Below, piece after piece: positions 9,119 to 18,792 of a DNA stretch of 38,673 nt. The position numbers were made by a program, and so were the translations under genes. Position 1 is the stretch's first letter. The number at the start of each line of letters is the position of its first letter. Source of the stretch: Deltaproteobacteria bacterium (lineage in GTDB: Bacteria > Desulfobacterota > Binatia > UBA12015); contig JAYGCM010000072.1 in assembly GCA_046583355.1 (NCBI GenBank), positions 1 through 38,673 of the forward strand, written 5' to 3'. Below the pieces are notes generated by a model, which was not told the origin of the DNA, made no database searches, and saw nothing but the letters and a program-made list of their open reading frames with translations.

Positions 9119-12100
9119 GACTCACGCGCATCCGAATCAAGCAGGCTCCGGGGATCGATACCCCCTTCCTGGTCGACGAAATCGCCGCCGGTATCAATGT
9201 GCTTGTCGGACCCAATGGCTCGGGCAAAACCACCCTAAGGCGCACAATCCAGCAGATGCTGTGGCCGGATGCCAAGCGAGACGCCCCTGCGAGCGTCGAA
9301 GCTTTCTTTGATGACGATGGCCAGCAGTTGCGTGCCGAGCGGCAAGGCCACAAGGTGCAATGGCAACGCGACGGCAGCCCGGCCGAGGCACCGCGAGTTC
9401 CCGGCGCGCATCTAGCTCGCTGTTATTCCATCGGAATGAGCGACCTGCTCACCAATAGCACTGATACCGACACCAAGATCACCAACGAAATCCGCAAAGA
9501 GATGTCCGGCGGATACGATCTCGCCGAACTCAAGAAGAGCTTCACCCCATCGGGGAGCCGAGCCGCCCATCGGGAATGCATCAAGGCAGCCGCCAACCTC
9601 CGGGAGGTTAGGGGCGAGTTCAGGGATCTCGCCAAAGAAGAGATGACCCTTGAGGAGTTGGCTAGCAAGTGGGCGCTGGCCGATGCCGCGCGCTTGCGGG
9701 TTCCCTTGCTCACCGAGGCGTACAAGGCAGCCAAGGCAAGACATGAGTTGGCTGGCCTGATGGCCGAGCGTGAAACCCTGCCACCCCAACTTGCGCTATA
9801 TTCGGGCAACGAAGGCACGCAGCTTTCGGAGCGAGACAGCGAGCTTGAGACGAATACGGAAGAAGCCCAAGGGCATGAGGCCAAGGCTGTCGAGGCGCGC
9901 GAGAAGGCTGCGGCAACCAACCTCGAAGACGATCCCGATGCCGTCCAACTCGACGCCTGGGGAGAACGCGCCGGGCAGCTCGGCACCCTGGAGCTAAAGC
10001 GCGACGACCGGCTCCGAGAATGCGAGAAGCTTCGTCTGGAAGCTGAAGCCGTGCACAAAAGTCTGGTAGGCGCCGATGCCGCAGACACAGCACCGCAGAT
10101 CTCGCTCGAAGTCCTTGACGAAATCGAAGCTGGTCTGAGCGGAATTCAGCACGCCCAGGAACGCGTAGCCGCGATCCAGGCCGAACTCGCTCTACAGAAA
10201 GCATTGGTCGAGAAGGCGGGTGCGGACTCCCGCGCGAGCGAGAACGCCCGGCTGCTGCGCGATGGACTCACCGCAACGGAAAGCCGGCCGAGTGCGCAGC
10301 GCCTCCGTGTCGCGTTTGCCGGTGCTCTTCTCGCGGTGTTGGCGGCCGGAGCGATTGCTGTTGTCATAGAGGCCCCCCCCTGGCTGGGCATCGCCGGGCC
10401 CGCTTTGGTCCTTGCCCTGTTTCTGCCGCTTCTGCCCCATATCCGTCAGCCTTCCTCTCGCCTACGCGAGAGCATCATCGAACAACTCATCGCGGGTGGC
10501 TACAGGGTTCCAGCGCAATGGACCGCCGACGTGATTCAACCGCTGCTGCGCGAGCTCGACATTCGCGCAGCCGAAGAGCAGCTCGCCCGCGAGCGCCGCC
10601 AGCAAGCAAGGAAAGAAGAGGCACGCCTTGTGACCGCCACAACGGCGCTCGAGCAGCAGGAAGTCCTGGTGGCCGCAAGTACTCGCACCGCCGGCATCAC
10701 AGCCAAAGGCCAACTCAGCCTGGTCACGATCATAGAAGGCGTGCGTGCCCTCCTCGCGGTTGCGAGCGCCCGCCAAACAGCCACCAGCGAACACGCCGCA
10801 GCCGTGACCAGCGCCGCGGAGAGCTTGGCTGCTGCAAATTCCTGGCTTGCGCAACAGGGCTACCCCAAAGCAAAGGATGCCGCGGCCGTGCGCAGCTGCC
10901 TCGGGGATCTGCGCGACCGGAGTCTCGCTCTGCATTCAGCCCACAACACGCTTGCCGGCCTTGAGGGAAATATCGCGGATACCGCCAAACGCAGGATGGA
11001 GATCGAGGCGAAAATCAAGGCGATCTACAAAGGCGTCAATCTCGTCAATGGTGATCGAGACTCCTTGCACTGCACTCTCGATCTCCACCCCAAATGGGCC
11101 GGCCTCGCCGAGAAAATCCATGACCAGAAAGGCCATCTCGCGCGACTCGAAACATCTCTGGTAGGCCAACCTGAGCTATCAGGCTTCTCCATCGAAGATG
11201 CCACTGCGGCACTCCAGACCGCCGAGACAGACGCGAACGCGCTGCTCGATCTCAGCAAGCAAATGACCGCAATCGAGACCAAGGTAGACGAAGCCCGCAA
11301 GGGAAGCCGGATGGAAGAAAGGCTGACTTCGCTCGTCGCGGCTCGCACGAACCTGGAAGATTTTCGCGAAGATCTGCTGCACCGCGGGGCTGCGACCTTC
11401 CTGCTTGAGGCGGTCAGCGAAGAGCATGACCAAACCAGCCGGCCACCGGTCCTCAACCTGGCCATGAAATATTTCGAGACCTTCACCCGCAACGTCTACG
11501 AGCTCATTCCGCCAGAGGGTACCGAGCCGACCTTCCGGGCACTCGAGGTTGACACCAAACGCGGGCTAGCCCTCTCGGAACTCTCCAGCGGCACGAGAAT
11601 TCAGCTTCTCCTTGCCGTCCGTCTCGCCTTCGCCATCCACGAAGCCGGCGATCAGAAGCTTCCTATTTTCCTTGACGAGGCCCTGAGCACCGCCGACCCC
11701 AAGCGTTTCGCCGCAGTCGTCGAGAGCTTGCAAGCCCTCGCCTCAAAGGGATTTCAGGTGTTCTACTTGACCTCGAACCCGACCGACGCTGCGTATTGGC
11801 AGGCGATCGGCAAAGCCAGCAGCGGCCCTCCCCCAAGGATTCTCGACCTGGCAGCCATCCGGGGACAAGGAGAGCCCATGCCGGATCTCGCTACGCTGAC
11901 ATTCCCCGATCTGCCGAAGCTGGCCTCGCCAGAGGGGCTCACGCCAGAGAAATATGCCCGGGCGCTCGAGGTCCCCGCCATCCGTTTCGACAAGCCGGTA
12001 GAATCGCTGCACCTCTACTATCTTCTGGGCCCCGATACAGAGACCTTGCACACGATCCTGCGAGTCACGAAATTACGGAGCTTGGGACGCTGGGTATCGT

Positions 12101-12582
12101 TCGCAAACAGAACCCGCGAGGCCGGCATCCTGCCGGACGCCGTCTCCGATCTTGTAGACGCACGCGCCCGCTGCGCCCGCGCGGTCTTCGAGGCCCGGTC
12201 CATCGGCCGCGGCAAGCCCATCGACCGCTCCGTGCTGGAGCGGAGTAAAGCCGTGAGCAACAACTACCTCGATCCTTTCGTGGCCATGGCCGAGGAGTTC
12301 CAGGGGGACGCGAAACGCTTCGTCGAGGCCCTCACTCTGGGCACGGACAAACGACTGAATCGGTACCAAACCAGCAAACGAGAACTTCTGATCGCCTTCC
12401 TCCAAGATCAGGAGTACCTCGACACCAGCCCGCTACTTGAAATCCACGAAATCCGCGCCCATACCCTCGCCGCCCTGCGCGACGACTTTGCCCGCGGCAC
12501 ACTCGACACCGATACCTGCCACGCGCTGATCGACCGGCTACTCCACGCAGGTGCCTCGCATGCCGCGACCACCAGCCCTTGA
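9115..12582 (+). CDS. Rad50/SMC-like ATPase (YhaN-type) with long coiled coil, central hydrophobic hairpin and C-terminal extension
   Basis: Walker A GPNGSGKTT, signature LSSGT, Walker B/D-loop IFLDEALSTAD; long heptad-rich middle; hydrophobic stretch at about nt 10309-10434. Confidence 0.88.
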   Translation: MRLTRIRIKQAPGIDTPFLVDEIAAGINVLVGPNGSGKTTLRRTIQQMLWPDAKRDAPASVEAFFDDDGQQLRAERQGHKVQWQRDGSPAEAPRVPGAHLARCYSIGMSDLLTNSTDTDTKITNEIRKEMSGGYDLAELKKSFTPSGSRAAHRECIKAAANLREVRGEFRDLAKEEMTLEELASKWALADAARLRVPLLTEAYKAAKARHELAGLMAERETLPPQLALYSGNEGTQLSERDSELETNTEEAQGHEAKAVEAREKAAATNLEDDPDAVQLDAWGERAGQLGTLELKRDDRLRECEKLRLEAEAVHKSLVGADAADTAPQISLEVLDEIEAGLSGIQHAQERVAAIQAELALQKALVEKAGADSRASENARLLRDGLTATESRPSAQRLRVAFAGALLAVLAAGAIAVVIEAPPWLGIAGPALVLALFLPLLPHIRQPSSRLRESIIEQLIAGGYRVPAQWTADVIQPLLRELDIRAAEEQLARERRQQARKEEARLVTATTALEQQEVLVAASTRTAGITAKGQLSLVTIIEGVRALLAVASARQTATSEHAAAVTSAAESLAAANSWLAQQGYPKAKDAAAVRSCLGDLRDRSLALHSAHNTLAGLEGNIADTAKRRMEIEAKIKAIYKGVNLVNGDRDSLHCTLDLHPKWAGLAEKIHDQKGHLARLETSLVGQPELSGFSIEDATAALQTAETDANALLDLSKQMTAIETKVDEARKGSRMEERLTSLVAARTNLEDFREDLLHRGAATFLLEAVSEEHDQTSRPPVLNLAMKYFETFTRNVYELIPPEGTEPTFRALEVDTKRGLALSELSSGTRIQLLLAVRLAFAIHEAGDQKLPIFLDEALSTADPKRFAAVVESLQALASKGFQVFYLTSNPTDAAYWQAIGKASSGPPPRILDLAAIRGQGEPMPDLATLTFPDLPKLASPEGLTPEKYARALEVPAIRFDKPVESLHLYYLLGPDTETLHTILRVTKLRSLGRWVSFANRTREAGILPDAVSDLVDARARCARAVFEARSIGRGKPIDRSVLERSKAVSNNYLDPFVAMAEEFQGDAKRFVEALTLGTDKRLNRYQTSKRELLIAFLQDQEYLDTSPLLEIHEIRAHTLAALRDDFARGTLDTDTCHALIDRLLHAGASHAATTSP

Positions 12583-12600
12583 CCCACGCAGGAAACCGAA

Positions 12601-13038
12601 ATGAAATCTCGCTTGCTCCTAATTCCGATCGCCCTGGTTCTCGCCCTCGCGCTGGTCACCGCCGTAGCCCTGGAAGGCGGCGGTGTCGGCGTGCTGCGCA
12701 CCCGCGGCGGCGATGCCCCGGACGGCATTCGCTACACGCGGGTCTGGTACGCCCAAGATGGCGCGCGCCTGTGGATTGAGTCGGGCGACGACGCGCGGCC
12801 CTTTCTGGAAGACCTGCGCCGCGAGCCGCGGATCGTGCTGGAATACGAGGGCGCATTGCATGCCTACGTCGCAGCCGTGCAGCCGAACCCGGAAGGCCAC
12901 CAGCAGATCCGGCGGCGTCTGGGCGAAAAATATGGCTGGCGGGACCTCTGGGTTGGCCTGCTCACAGATACCTCCGGCTCGCTCGGTATCGTCCTCACCC
13001 CACCAACGCGCTCGCCGACGCCGCCGTCCGCAGGCTGA
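12601..13038 (+). CDS. Split-barrel, deazaflavin(F420)-dependent oxidoreductase-like protein with N-terminal membrane anchor
   Basis: Hydrophobic N-terminus; VLRT...RYTRVW...LWIE...LRREPRI...EKYG pattern typical of this group; SD AGGA. Confidence 0.6.
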   Translation: MKSRLLLIPIALVLALALVTAVALEGGGVGVLRTRGGDAPDGIRYTRVWYAQDGARLWIESGDDARPFLEDLRREPRIVLEYEGALHAYVAAVQPNPEGHQQIRRRLGEKYGWRDLWVGLLTDTSGSLGIVLTPPTRSPTPPSAG

Positions 13039-13110
13039 GCCACGCTTGCCGCCACCCAACGGCTCGGCCCGACTTGCCATGAGGTAGGTTCGTGTGGGCG
13101 TGATGAAGGG

Positions 13111-15117
13111 ATGAAGCACGCAATCACACGACTCATTTTCGCTACCATCTTGCTCGGGGCCGCGGCCTGCGAGCAAACAATAGATCTGGACAAAGTCTCG
13201 CCGCTGGGAACCGGTGAGAATGGTCCGCGCTATCCAGTAGAAGCCTTTTCCATCAGCCACGATATTCTGGAGACCCGGTCGGCGCCGAATCCCGAACGCA
13301 ACGCGTATTTCGGCGACCTGCATGTGCATACGACCTACTCCTTCGATGCCTTTGCCTTCGGCACCACGGCCACCCCGCGCGACGCCTACCGCTACGCGCT
13401 GGGCGAGACCATTCAGCATCCGGCCGGCTTCGACCTCAAGCTGCGTGAGCCGCTCGATTTCTATGCGGTTACCGACCACGCCCTCTTCCTTGGCCTGGCC
13501 GCCGAGGCCGCCGATACCTCGAGCGAATTTTCTAAATACGGGCTAAGCGAGCCGCTGCACAACCTGAATGCCGACGACAACCGCGGCATCTCCACCGTGC
13601 CGGGCCGGCTCGGGATCTTCGGTAAATTTGTCCCTTCCGCGCTGGCCGGCATGATTGATGGCTCGGTCGACCGCGAAGAAGCCGTGCGGATCAAAAAAAG
13701 CGCGTGGCGCGATATCGTCGAGTCGGCCGACGAGTTCTATATGCCGGGCCGCTTCACCACCTTTGCGGCCTACGAGTATACGACCTCGAGCGACGACCGC
13801 GGCAATCTGCACCGCAACGTCATCTTCCGCGCGACCGACCGATTGCCGGCCGAGCCCTTCTCGCGCTTCAACTCACAAAACCCCGAGGGCCTGTGGGATT
13901 GGATGGACGGGCTGCGCGCCCGCGGCATCGAGAGCCTCGCGATCCCGCATAATTCCAACGGCTCGAACGGGCAGATGTTCAAAATCGTCGATTGGGCCGG
14001 CAACCCGATGGATGACGCATACAAGGCTCGCCGCCTGCGCAATGAGCCGCTGGTCGAGATCACCCAGGTAAAGGGAACCTCCGAGACCCACCCGACACTC
14101 TCGAAAACCGATGAGTGGGCGGATTTCGAGATCATGCCCTACCGTGTCGCCACCACAATGCCGAGTGAACCCAAGGGCAGCTATGTGCGCGACGCCCTGC
14201 GCCAAGGCATCGCCTTTGCTGATCAAGGCTCCGTCAATCCATACAAATTCGGCTTCATCGGCTCAAGCGATACCCATACGGGAGCCATCTCCGACGATGA
14301 GGCGAATTATTTCTCCAAGGTCGGACTCCTCGATGCCTCAGGCGAACTGCGCGGCTCGGTCCCGCTGGCGTGGTGGCAGGCTCCCGTGGCGCAGCTGGTC
14401 GCGGCCGATCAGCTGATCGATCTCGACGGCCGCACCTACTTCGACTCCCCCACCGGAACCTTCGGTGCCTCGGGGCTGGCGGCGGTCTGGGCCGAGGAAA
14501 ATACCCGCGAGGCGATCTATGACGCCTTCCGGCGCAAAGAGACTTTCGCGACCTCCGGACCTCGCATCCGAATTCGTTTCTTTGCGGGATACGATCTGGG
14601 CGAGAGCCTGCTGAGCGACCATCGGCGGGTCGCGGCCGCCTATGCCGGCGGCGTACCGATGGGGCAAGACCTCCTGGTGCAGGAGACGAGATCGCCGGGC
14701 TTCCTCGCCTGGGCAACGCGCGACGCGCTCAGCGCCCCGCTGCAACGCCTGCAGATCATCAAAGGCTGGATCGAGAACGGCACAACCTTCGAGGAGGTCT
14801 ACGATATCGCCTGCTCCGACGGACTCGTGCCCGATGCCAAGACGCATCGCTGCCCGGATAATGGCGCGCGCGTCGATATCGACACCTGCGCTTATAGCCA
14901 GGACCGCGGCGCCAGCGAACTCAGCGCCTTCTGGCACGACCCCTCCTTCGACCCAGCGCAACGCGCCTTCTATTATGTGCGCGTGCTGGAAAATCCGACC
15001 TGTCGCTGGTCGACCTGGGATGCCCTGCGGGCCGGATCCCCGCCCCGCCCGGATTGGTATAAGACTCTCCAGGAACGCGCCTGGTCCTCGCCGATCTGGA
15101 TCGAGCCGGCTACCTGA
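13111..15117 (+). CDS. DUF3604 family putative metallohydrolase lipoprotein (PHP-like)
   Basis: Lipobox-like LLGAAAC; YFGDLHVHTTYSFDA, AVTDH, NLHRNVIF, IPHNSN, SSDTHTG, QERAWSSPIW. Confidence 0.88.
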   Translation: MKHAITRLIFATILLGAAACEQTIDLDKVSPLGTGENGPRYPVEAFSISHDILETRSAPNPERNAYFGDLHVHTTYSFDAFAFGTTATPRDAYRYALGETIQHPAGFDLKLREPLDFYAVTDHALFLGLAAEAADTSSEFSKYGLSEPLHNLNADDNRGISTVPGRLGIFGKFVPSALAGMIDGSVDREEAVRIKKSAWRDIVESADEFYMPGRFTTFAAYEYTTSSDDRGNLHRNVIFRATDRLPAEPFSRFNSQNPEGLWDWMDGLRARGIESLAIPHNSNGSNGQMFKIVDWAGNPMDDAYKARRLRNEPLVEITQVKGTSETHPTLSKTDEWADFEIMPYRVATTMPSEPKGSYVRDALRQGIAFADQGSVNPYKFGFIGSSDTHTGAISDDEANYFSKVGLLDASGELRGSVPLAWWQAPVAQLVAADQLIDLDGRTYFDSPTGTFGASGLAAVWAEENTREAIYDAFRRKETFATSGPRIRIRFFAGYDLGESLLSDHRRVAAAYAGGVPMGQDLLVQETRSPGFLAWATRDALSAPLQRLQIIKGWIENGTTFEEVYDIACSDGLVPDAKTHRCPDNGARVDIDTCAYSQDRGASELSAFWHDPSFDPAQRAFYYVRVLENPTCRWSTWDALRAGSPPRPDWYKTLQERAWSSPIWIEPAT

Positions 15118-15255
15118 TTGTGGAGGTCCGGCCGGAGAGCAGGCTTGCGCCCACGTGATGGTTTCGGCCGTGCCTCCAGCTCTTCGCACGCGGCCAGCAT
15201 CAGGCTATGGTTCTTCCAAGCGCTCGCCTCGGAGCGCCTATATGAAGGGGTAATT

Positions 15256-15456
15256 ATGATGAAAAAGTTTTCGTTCCTGCTTCTCGCTGCCGGCATGAGC
15301 CTGGCACTTGCCGGCCCGGCCTTCGCCCATTGTGGTTCGTGTGGTGTCGGTGGCGAAAAAGATACGCACCAATGTCCGAAAAATTGCGGTGACACCAAGG
15401 ACTGCGAATGCACCTCGGAATGTGGTCACGATTGTCCGCATCACCCGGCTGAGTAG
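15256..15456 (+). CDS. Small secreted Cys/His-rich (metallothionein-like) peptide
   Basis: SD-like AAGGGG; Sec signal MMKKFSFLLLAAGMSLALAGPAFA; 42-aa mature part with 8 Cys and 5 His. Confidence 0.75.
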   Translation: MMKKFSFLLLAAGMSLALAGPAFAHCGSCGVGGEKDTHQCPKNCGDTKDCECTSECGHDCPHHPAE

Positions 15457-15466
15457 AACCTTTCAG

Positions 15467-16966
15467 CTACGCTTCTGGGGGTTCGAGGTCACCGACCGGC
15501 CGGGCCTCCAGAAGCACTTCGTGTAGACGCACCAAGGCAAGCGTGTCGCGAGCACAATATTGGTGCAACTCGCGGCGCATACGCTTGCGCCGCCAATCCG
15601 GCAATTCCTCGGCGCGCAGCAGAAGAGACTCGATCTCGGCGCTGGCCAGCTGACCATCCGCCACCCTCAGGTCGCTATAATCGAGCCCCGGAACAAGCGC
15701 CGGCAGCACCGCCTTGAGCCCGAAACTGCCGCGGAAATCCGGGTGGTAGACATGGTTCTTGACGATGGGCAGGAGGTCCTGCATACGGGCGCGCATCGCC
15801 AGCAGCGTCTCGGCATGGGCGGGTGCCGCCGCCGCCAGCTCCGAGAGGCAGCGTTGCTCGAAGGGCGCGTTGTAGGCGTAGAGAATATCGCACTCGCCGC
15901 CCCATGCAGCCAAGGTGGCCGCCAGCTGCGGGCGCGGGTCTTGGGCTCCCTCGGCGAGCCATTCGTGATGCGTGATCTGTGTGCCGCGGCGAATATGCAA
16001 GGAGAATTGTGCCGGTACGTTCGTGAAGGGCGAGCACCCCTCCCAGACCGGAATGGCCGGGGCCAGGGTCTCGAAATCGAGATAACCGATCACGCCGCTC
16101 AACGACCCGATGGCAGCCTGCAAGGTCTTCTCGACAACCAACTCGCCGGTCTCCAGAGCCTTGCATTGCCGCGCCCAGATCCGATTCGATGCGATTTCTT
16201 TGGCCGGCAGATCCCGCATGCTGGTCATGCCGCGCTTGCGGTAGGGCGCGGCGCGCTCGGCACCCAGGCCATGCAACTCAAGCAGGTCCCCGTGCGGCAG
16301 AGGCTCGTTGCAGCGCAGAAGAAAAGGGCATTCATAAGGTTTGTGGCAATGCGCGCCCGCCGCAAGAATCGGAATCGGCAGATCGAGCATTCCCTTCTGT
16401 GCCTTCACCTCGGCATCGATGCCCGGCACGATCGCGTCTACGGCTTCGCTGATGTCGGTGCGGGTGAAGAGGTTGGAGAGGTCGGGATAGACGCAATCAC
16501 GGTTCAGATGCATGAGCTCGACCCGCGTGACCGGAATCCCTGAGGCGCGAGCGATCCAGGTCTGCACGGCGGCATCTTCGATATATTGCGGCTTGACGCC
16601 TGTAGTGGATTTGACCTCGACGAGCACCCAGCCCTCGCCTTCCTTCACCAGGATATCGATCGCGGCGAAGACGCCCTCGTGTTCAAACCCCGCCTCATAG
16701 AGAATCTCCACACCCTCGGCGATCGCCTTGGCGGTTGCGGCGACGGAGCGCTTTCTCTGACGACCATCAAACGGCACCTGGAAGCCCCCCGGAATATGCC
16801 GGCAGGCCTCGGCACCGACCCGATGGCCGCGGGCGAAGAGGGCACGGCGCGACGGGTCCGGGACGAGTTCGGGCGACTTCGGGTCGTGGCAGCGCCACCA
16901 GAGGTGTTTGTGACATTGCCGCCCGTAAATGAAGCGGCTCTTCGAGAGCATCGGCTTGCGTGGCAT
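15467..16966 (-). CDS. DUF2779-domain protein: PD-(D/E)xK nuclease fused to an RNase H/DnaQ-like exonuclease domain
   Basis: LSKSRF..GRQC, DILVK...EVKSTT, DAAVQ, HC..PYECPF...C, YLDFET, YNAPFE, SFGLKAVLP, YCARD. Confidence 0.85.
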   Translation of the reverse strand: MPRKPMLSKSRFIYGRQCHKHLWWRCHDPKSPELVPDPSRRALFARGHRVGAEACRHIPGGFQVPFDGRQRKRSVAATAKAIAEGVEILYEAGFEHEGVFAAIDILVKEGEGWVLVEVKSTTGVKPQYIEDAAVQTWIARASGIPVTRVELMHLNRDCVYPDLSNLFTRTDISEAVDAIVPGIDAEVKAQKGMLDLPIPILAAGAHCHKPYECPFLLRCNEPLPHGDLLELHGLGAERAAPYRKRGMTSMRDLPAKEIASNRIWARQCKALETGELVVEKTLQAAIGSLSGVIGYLDFETLAPAIPVWEGCSPFTNVPAQFSLHIRRGTQITHHEWLAEGAQDPRPQLAATLAAWGGECDILYAYNAPFEQRCLSELAAAAPAHAETLLAMRARMQDLLPIVKNHVYHPDFRGSFGLKAVLPALVPGLDYSDLRVADGQLASAEIESLLLRAEELPDWRRKRMRRELHQYCARDTLALVRLHEVLLEARPVGDLEPPEA

Positions 16967-17059
16967 CGAGCCTTCTTACCTACGCTGCCGGCAGCCCCAA
17001 TCCAATGACGGGCATAGGCACGGCGCGACTTGGGCCCGGGCCTCAGTTAGCGTCCAGCC

Positions 17060-17419
17060 ATGGTAGTTGTGACAAATCGCATTCCCGTCTCGGAAGGCTT
17101 TGAGGCGGACTTCGAAGACCGTTTTCGCAAACGCGTCCATCTGGTCGACCAGGCGCCGGGCTTCCTGCGCAACGAAGTGCACCGTCCCAAGCCGATGAAG
17201 CTCGACCATTCGACCGGAGAATGGAGTATCAACACCGAAGAGCCTGGCTATTACGAGGTGAAAACCTGGTGGAAGACTTTCGAGGACTTCACTGCCTGGA
17301 CAAAAAGCCCCTCGTTCGCCGAGGCGCATAGCAACCGGCCCCCCGAGGGCATGTTCTCCGGCCCCAACAAGCTCATCATTCACGAGGTCTTTCTCAGCAC
17401 CGACCTCGATACCGACTAG
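17060..17419 (+). CDS. Antibiotic-biosynthesis-monooxygenase fold protein, IsdG/HmoA heme-degrading type
   Basis: TNRIPV..G...FEDRF, APGF, WTKSPSFAEAH; Asn/Trp/His positions match the IsdG-type triad. Confidence 0.8.
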   Translation: MVVVTNRIPVSEGFEADFEDRFRKRVHLVDQAPGFLRNEVHRPKPMKLDHSTGEWSINTEEPGYYEVKTWWKTFEDFTAWTKSPSFAEAHSNRPPEGMFSGPNKLIIHEVFLSTDLDTD

Positions 17420-17466
17420 GAACCCGCTGCGGCGGGCCCCTGCCCGTCGCTGGCCCTGATTCCCGA

Positions 17467-18525
17467 ATGCCGATTGACCGCGAAAAAACTCAGGCCCTGC
17501 TCGACCGTATCGTCGGCGAGCTCGGGGCCGCCTTGACCGTACCGCTCGTGGTCATCGGCGACCGGCTGGGCCTCTACCGCGCGCTGGCCGAGCATGGCCC
17601 CCTGGATGCCGCTGCCCTCGCCCGCCATACGGGAACGCATACGCGCTACATCCGCGAATGGCTCTCCGCCCAGAGCGCGGCCGGCTTTGTTCAATACAAC
17701 GCAGGCCAGGACGATTTCTCGCTCGCGCCCGAGCAGGCTGCGATCTTTGCTGACGAGAAAAGCCCGGTCTCGATGCTGGGTGGCTTCGAACTCGCAGCCG
17801 GTGCCATCCGCGGCTACGAAAACATTCTTGATGCCTTCCGCACGGGCGCCGGTGTCGGATGGGGTGAGCAACATCCCGACGTTTGCTCAGGTACCGGCCG
17901 CTTTTTCCGCCCCGCCTACGCCAACCACCTCGTGCGCCATTGGATTCCGGCGCTCGAGGGTGTGCAGGAAAAACTCCAACGCGGCGCGCGGGCGGCGGAT
18001 GTCGGCTGCGGCCTCGGCCACTCGACCCTGCTCATGGCACGCGCCTTTCCCGCCTCCGAGTTCCTCGGCATCGACCTGCACCCCGCCTCGGTCGAGAACG
18101 CGCGAGCGGCGGCGGCCAAGGCCGGCCTGAGCGAGCGTTGCCGCTTCGAGGTCGCCAGCGCCCACGACCTGCCCGGGCGCGACTACGACCTGATTACCTT
18201 TTTCGATTGCCTGCATGATATGGGCGACCCCATAGGTGCCGCCGCAAAGATGCGCGCATGTCTCGCCCCGGACGGTTGCTGGATGGTCGTCGAGCCGCTT
18301 GCGGGTGCCGGCCTGGCGGAAAACCAAACGCCCGTCGGGCGCATGTTCTACGCAGCCTCGACGCTGGTCTGCACGCCCGCTTCTCTTTCCGAAGATGTGG
18401 GCCTCGGGCTCGGGGCGCAGGCCGGCGAGGCGCGGCTGCGCGAGGTGATTCTGGCCGGGGGCTTTGCCCACGTTCGGCGTGCCGCCGAGACAAAATTCAA
18501 CCTGGTGCTCGAAGCACGCGCCTGA
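17467..18525 (+). CDS. SAM-dependent methyltransferase with N-terminal winged helix (Rv2258c-like)
   Basis: GDRLGLY...RYIREWL; DVGCGLG SAM motif; FDCLHDMGDP; LGAQAGE. Confidence 0.88.
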   Translation: MPIDREKTQALLDRIVGELGAALTVPLVVIGDRLGLYRALAEHGPLDAAALARHTGTHTRYIREWLSAQSAAGFVQYNAGQDDFSLAPEQAAIFADEKSPVSMLGGFELAAGAIRGYENILDAFRTGAGVGWGEQHPDVCSGTGRFFRPAYANHLVRHWIPALEGVQEKLQRGARAADVGCGLGHSTLLMARAFPASEFLGIDLHPASVENARAAAAKAGLSERCRFEVASAHDLPGRDYDLITFFDCLHDMGDPIGAAAKMRACLAPDGCWMVVEPLAGAGLAENQTPVGRMFYAASTLVCTPASLSEDVGLGLGAQAGEARLREVILAGGFAHVRRAAETKFNLVLEARA

Positions 18526-18555
18526 TTCTTGCTATGAATAGAGGTCGCAGCCCAG

Positions 18556-18792
18556 ATGATTGATTCCGCAAAGGTCCGCCACACCATTGCCCAGGCGTTG
18601 GGCGTCGACGAAGCCACCGTTTCCCTGCAGAGCCGGCTCAGCGATCTCGCCGATCTGGACTCGCTCTCTTTGGTCGAGATCGCGAGCGCCCTGGACGATG
18701 ATTTCGGTGTCCGACTTCCGGGTGATGCCCTGGTCGATGCACTCAAGGTCGCCGACCTGGTCGAATTAGTGGAGCGCGCGCCCCGGCGATGA
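18556..18792 (+). CDS. Acyl carrier protein
   Basis: 78-aa acidic protein with phosphopantetheine site DLDSLSLVEI. Confidence 0.85.
   Translation: MIDSAKVRHTIAQALGVDEATVSLQSRLSDLADLDSLSLVEIASALDDDFGVRLPGDALVDALKVADLVELVERAPRR

Noticed and set aside
15467..16966. cas4 gene of a CRISPR-Cas locus
   Set aside because: No repeat-spacer array or other cas genes seen in the window.
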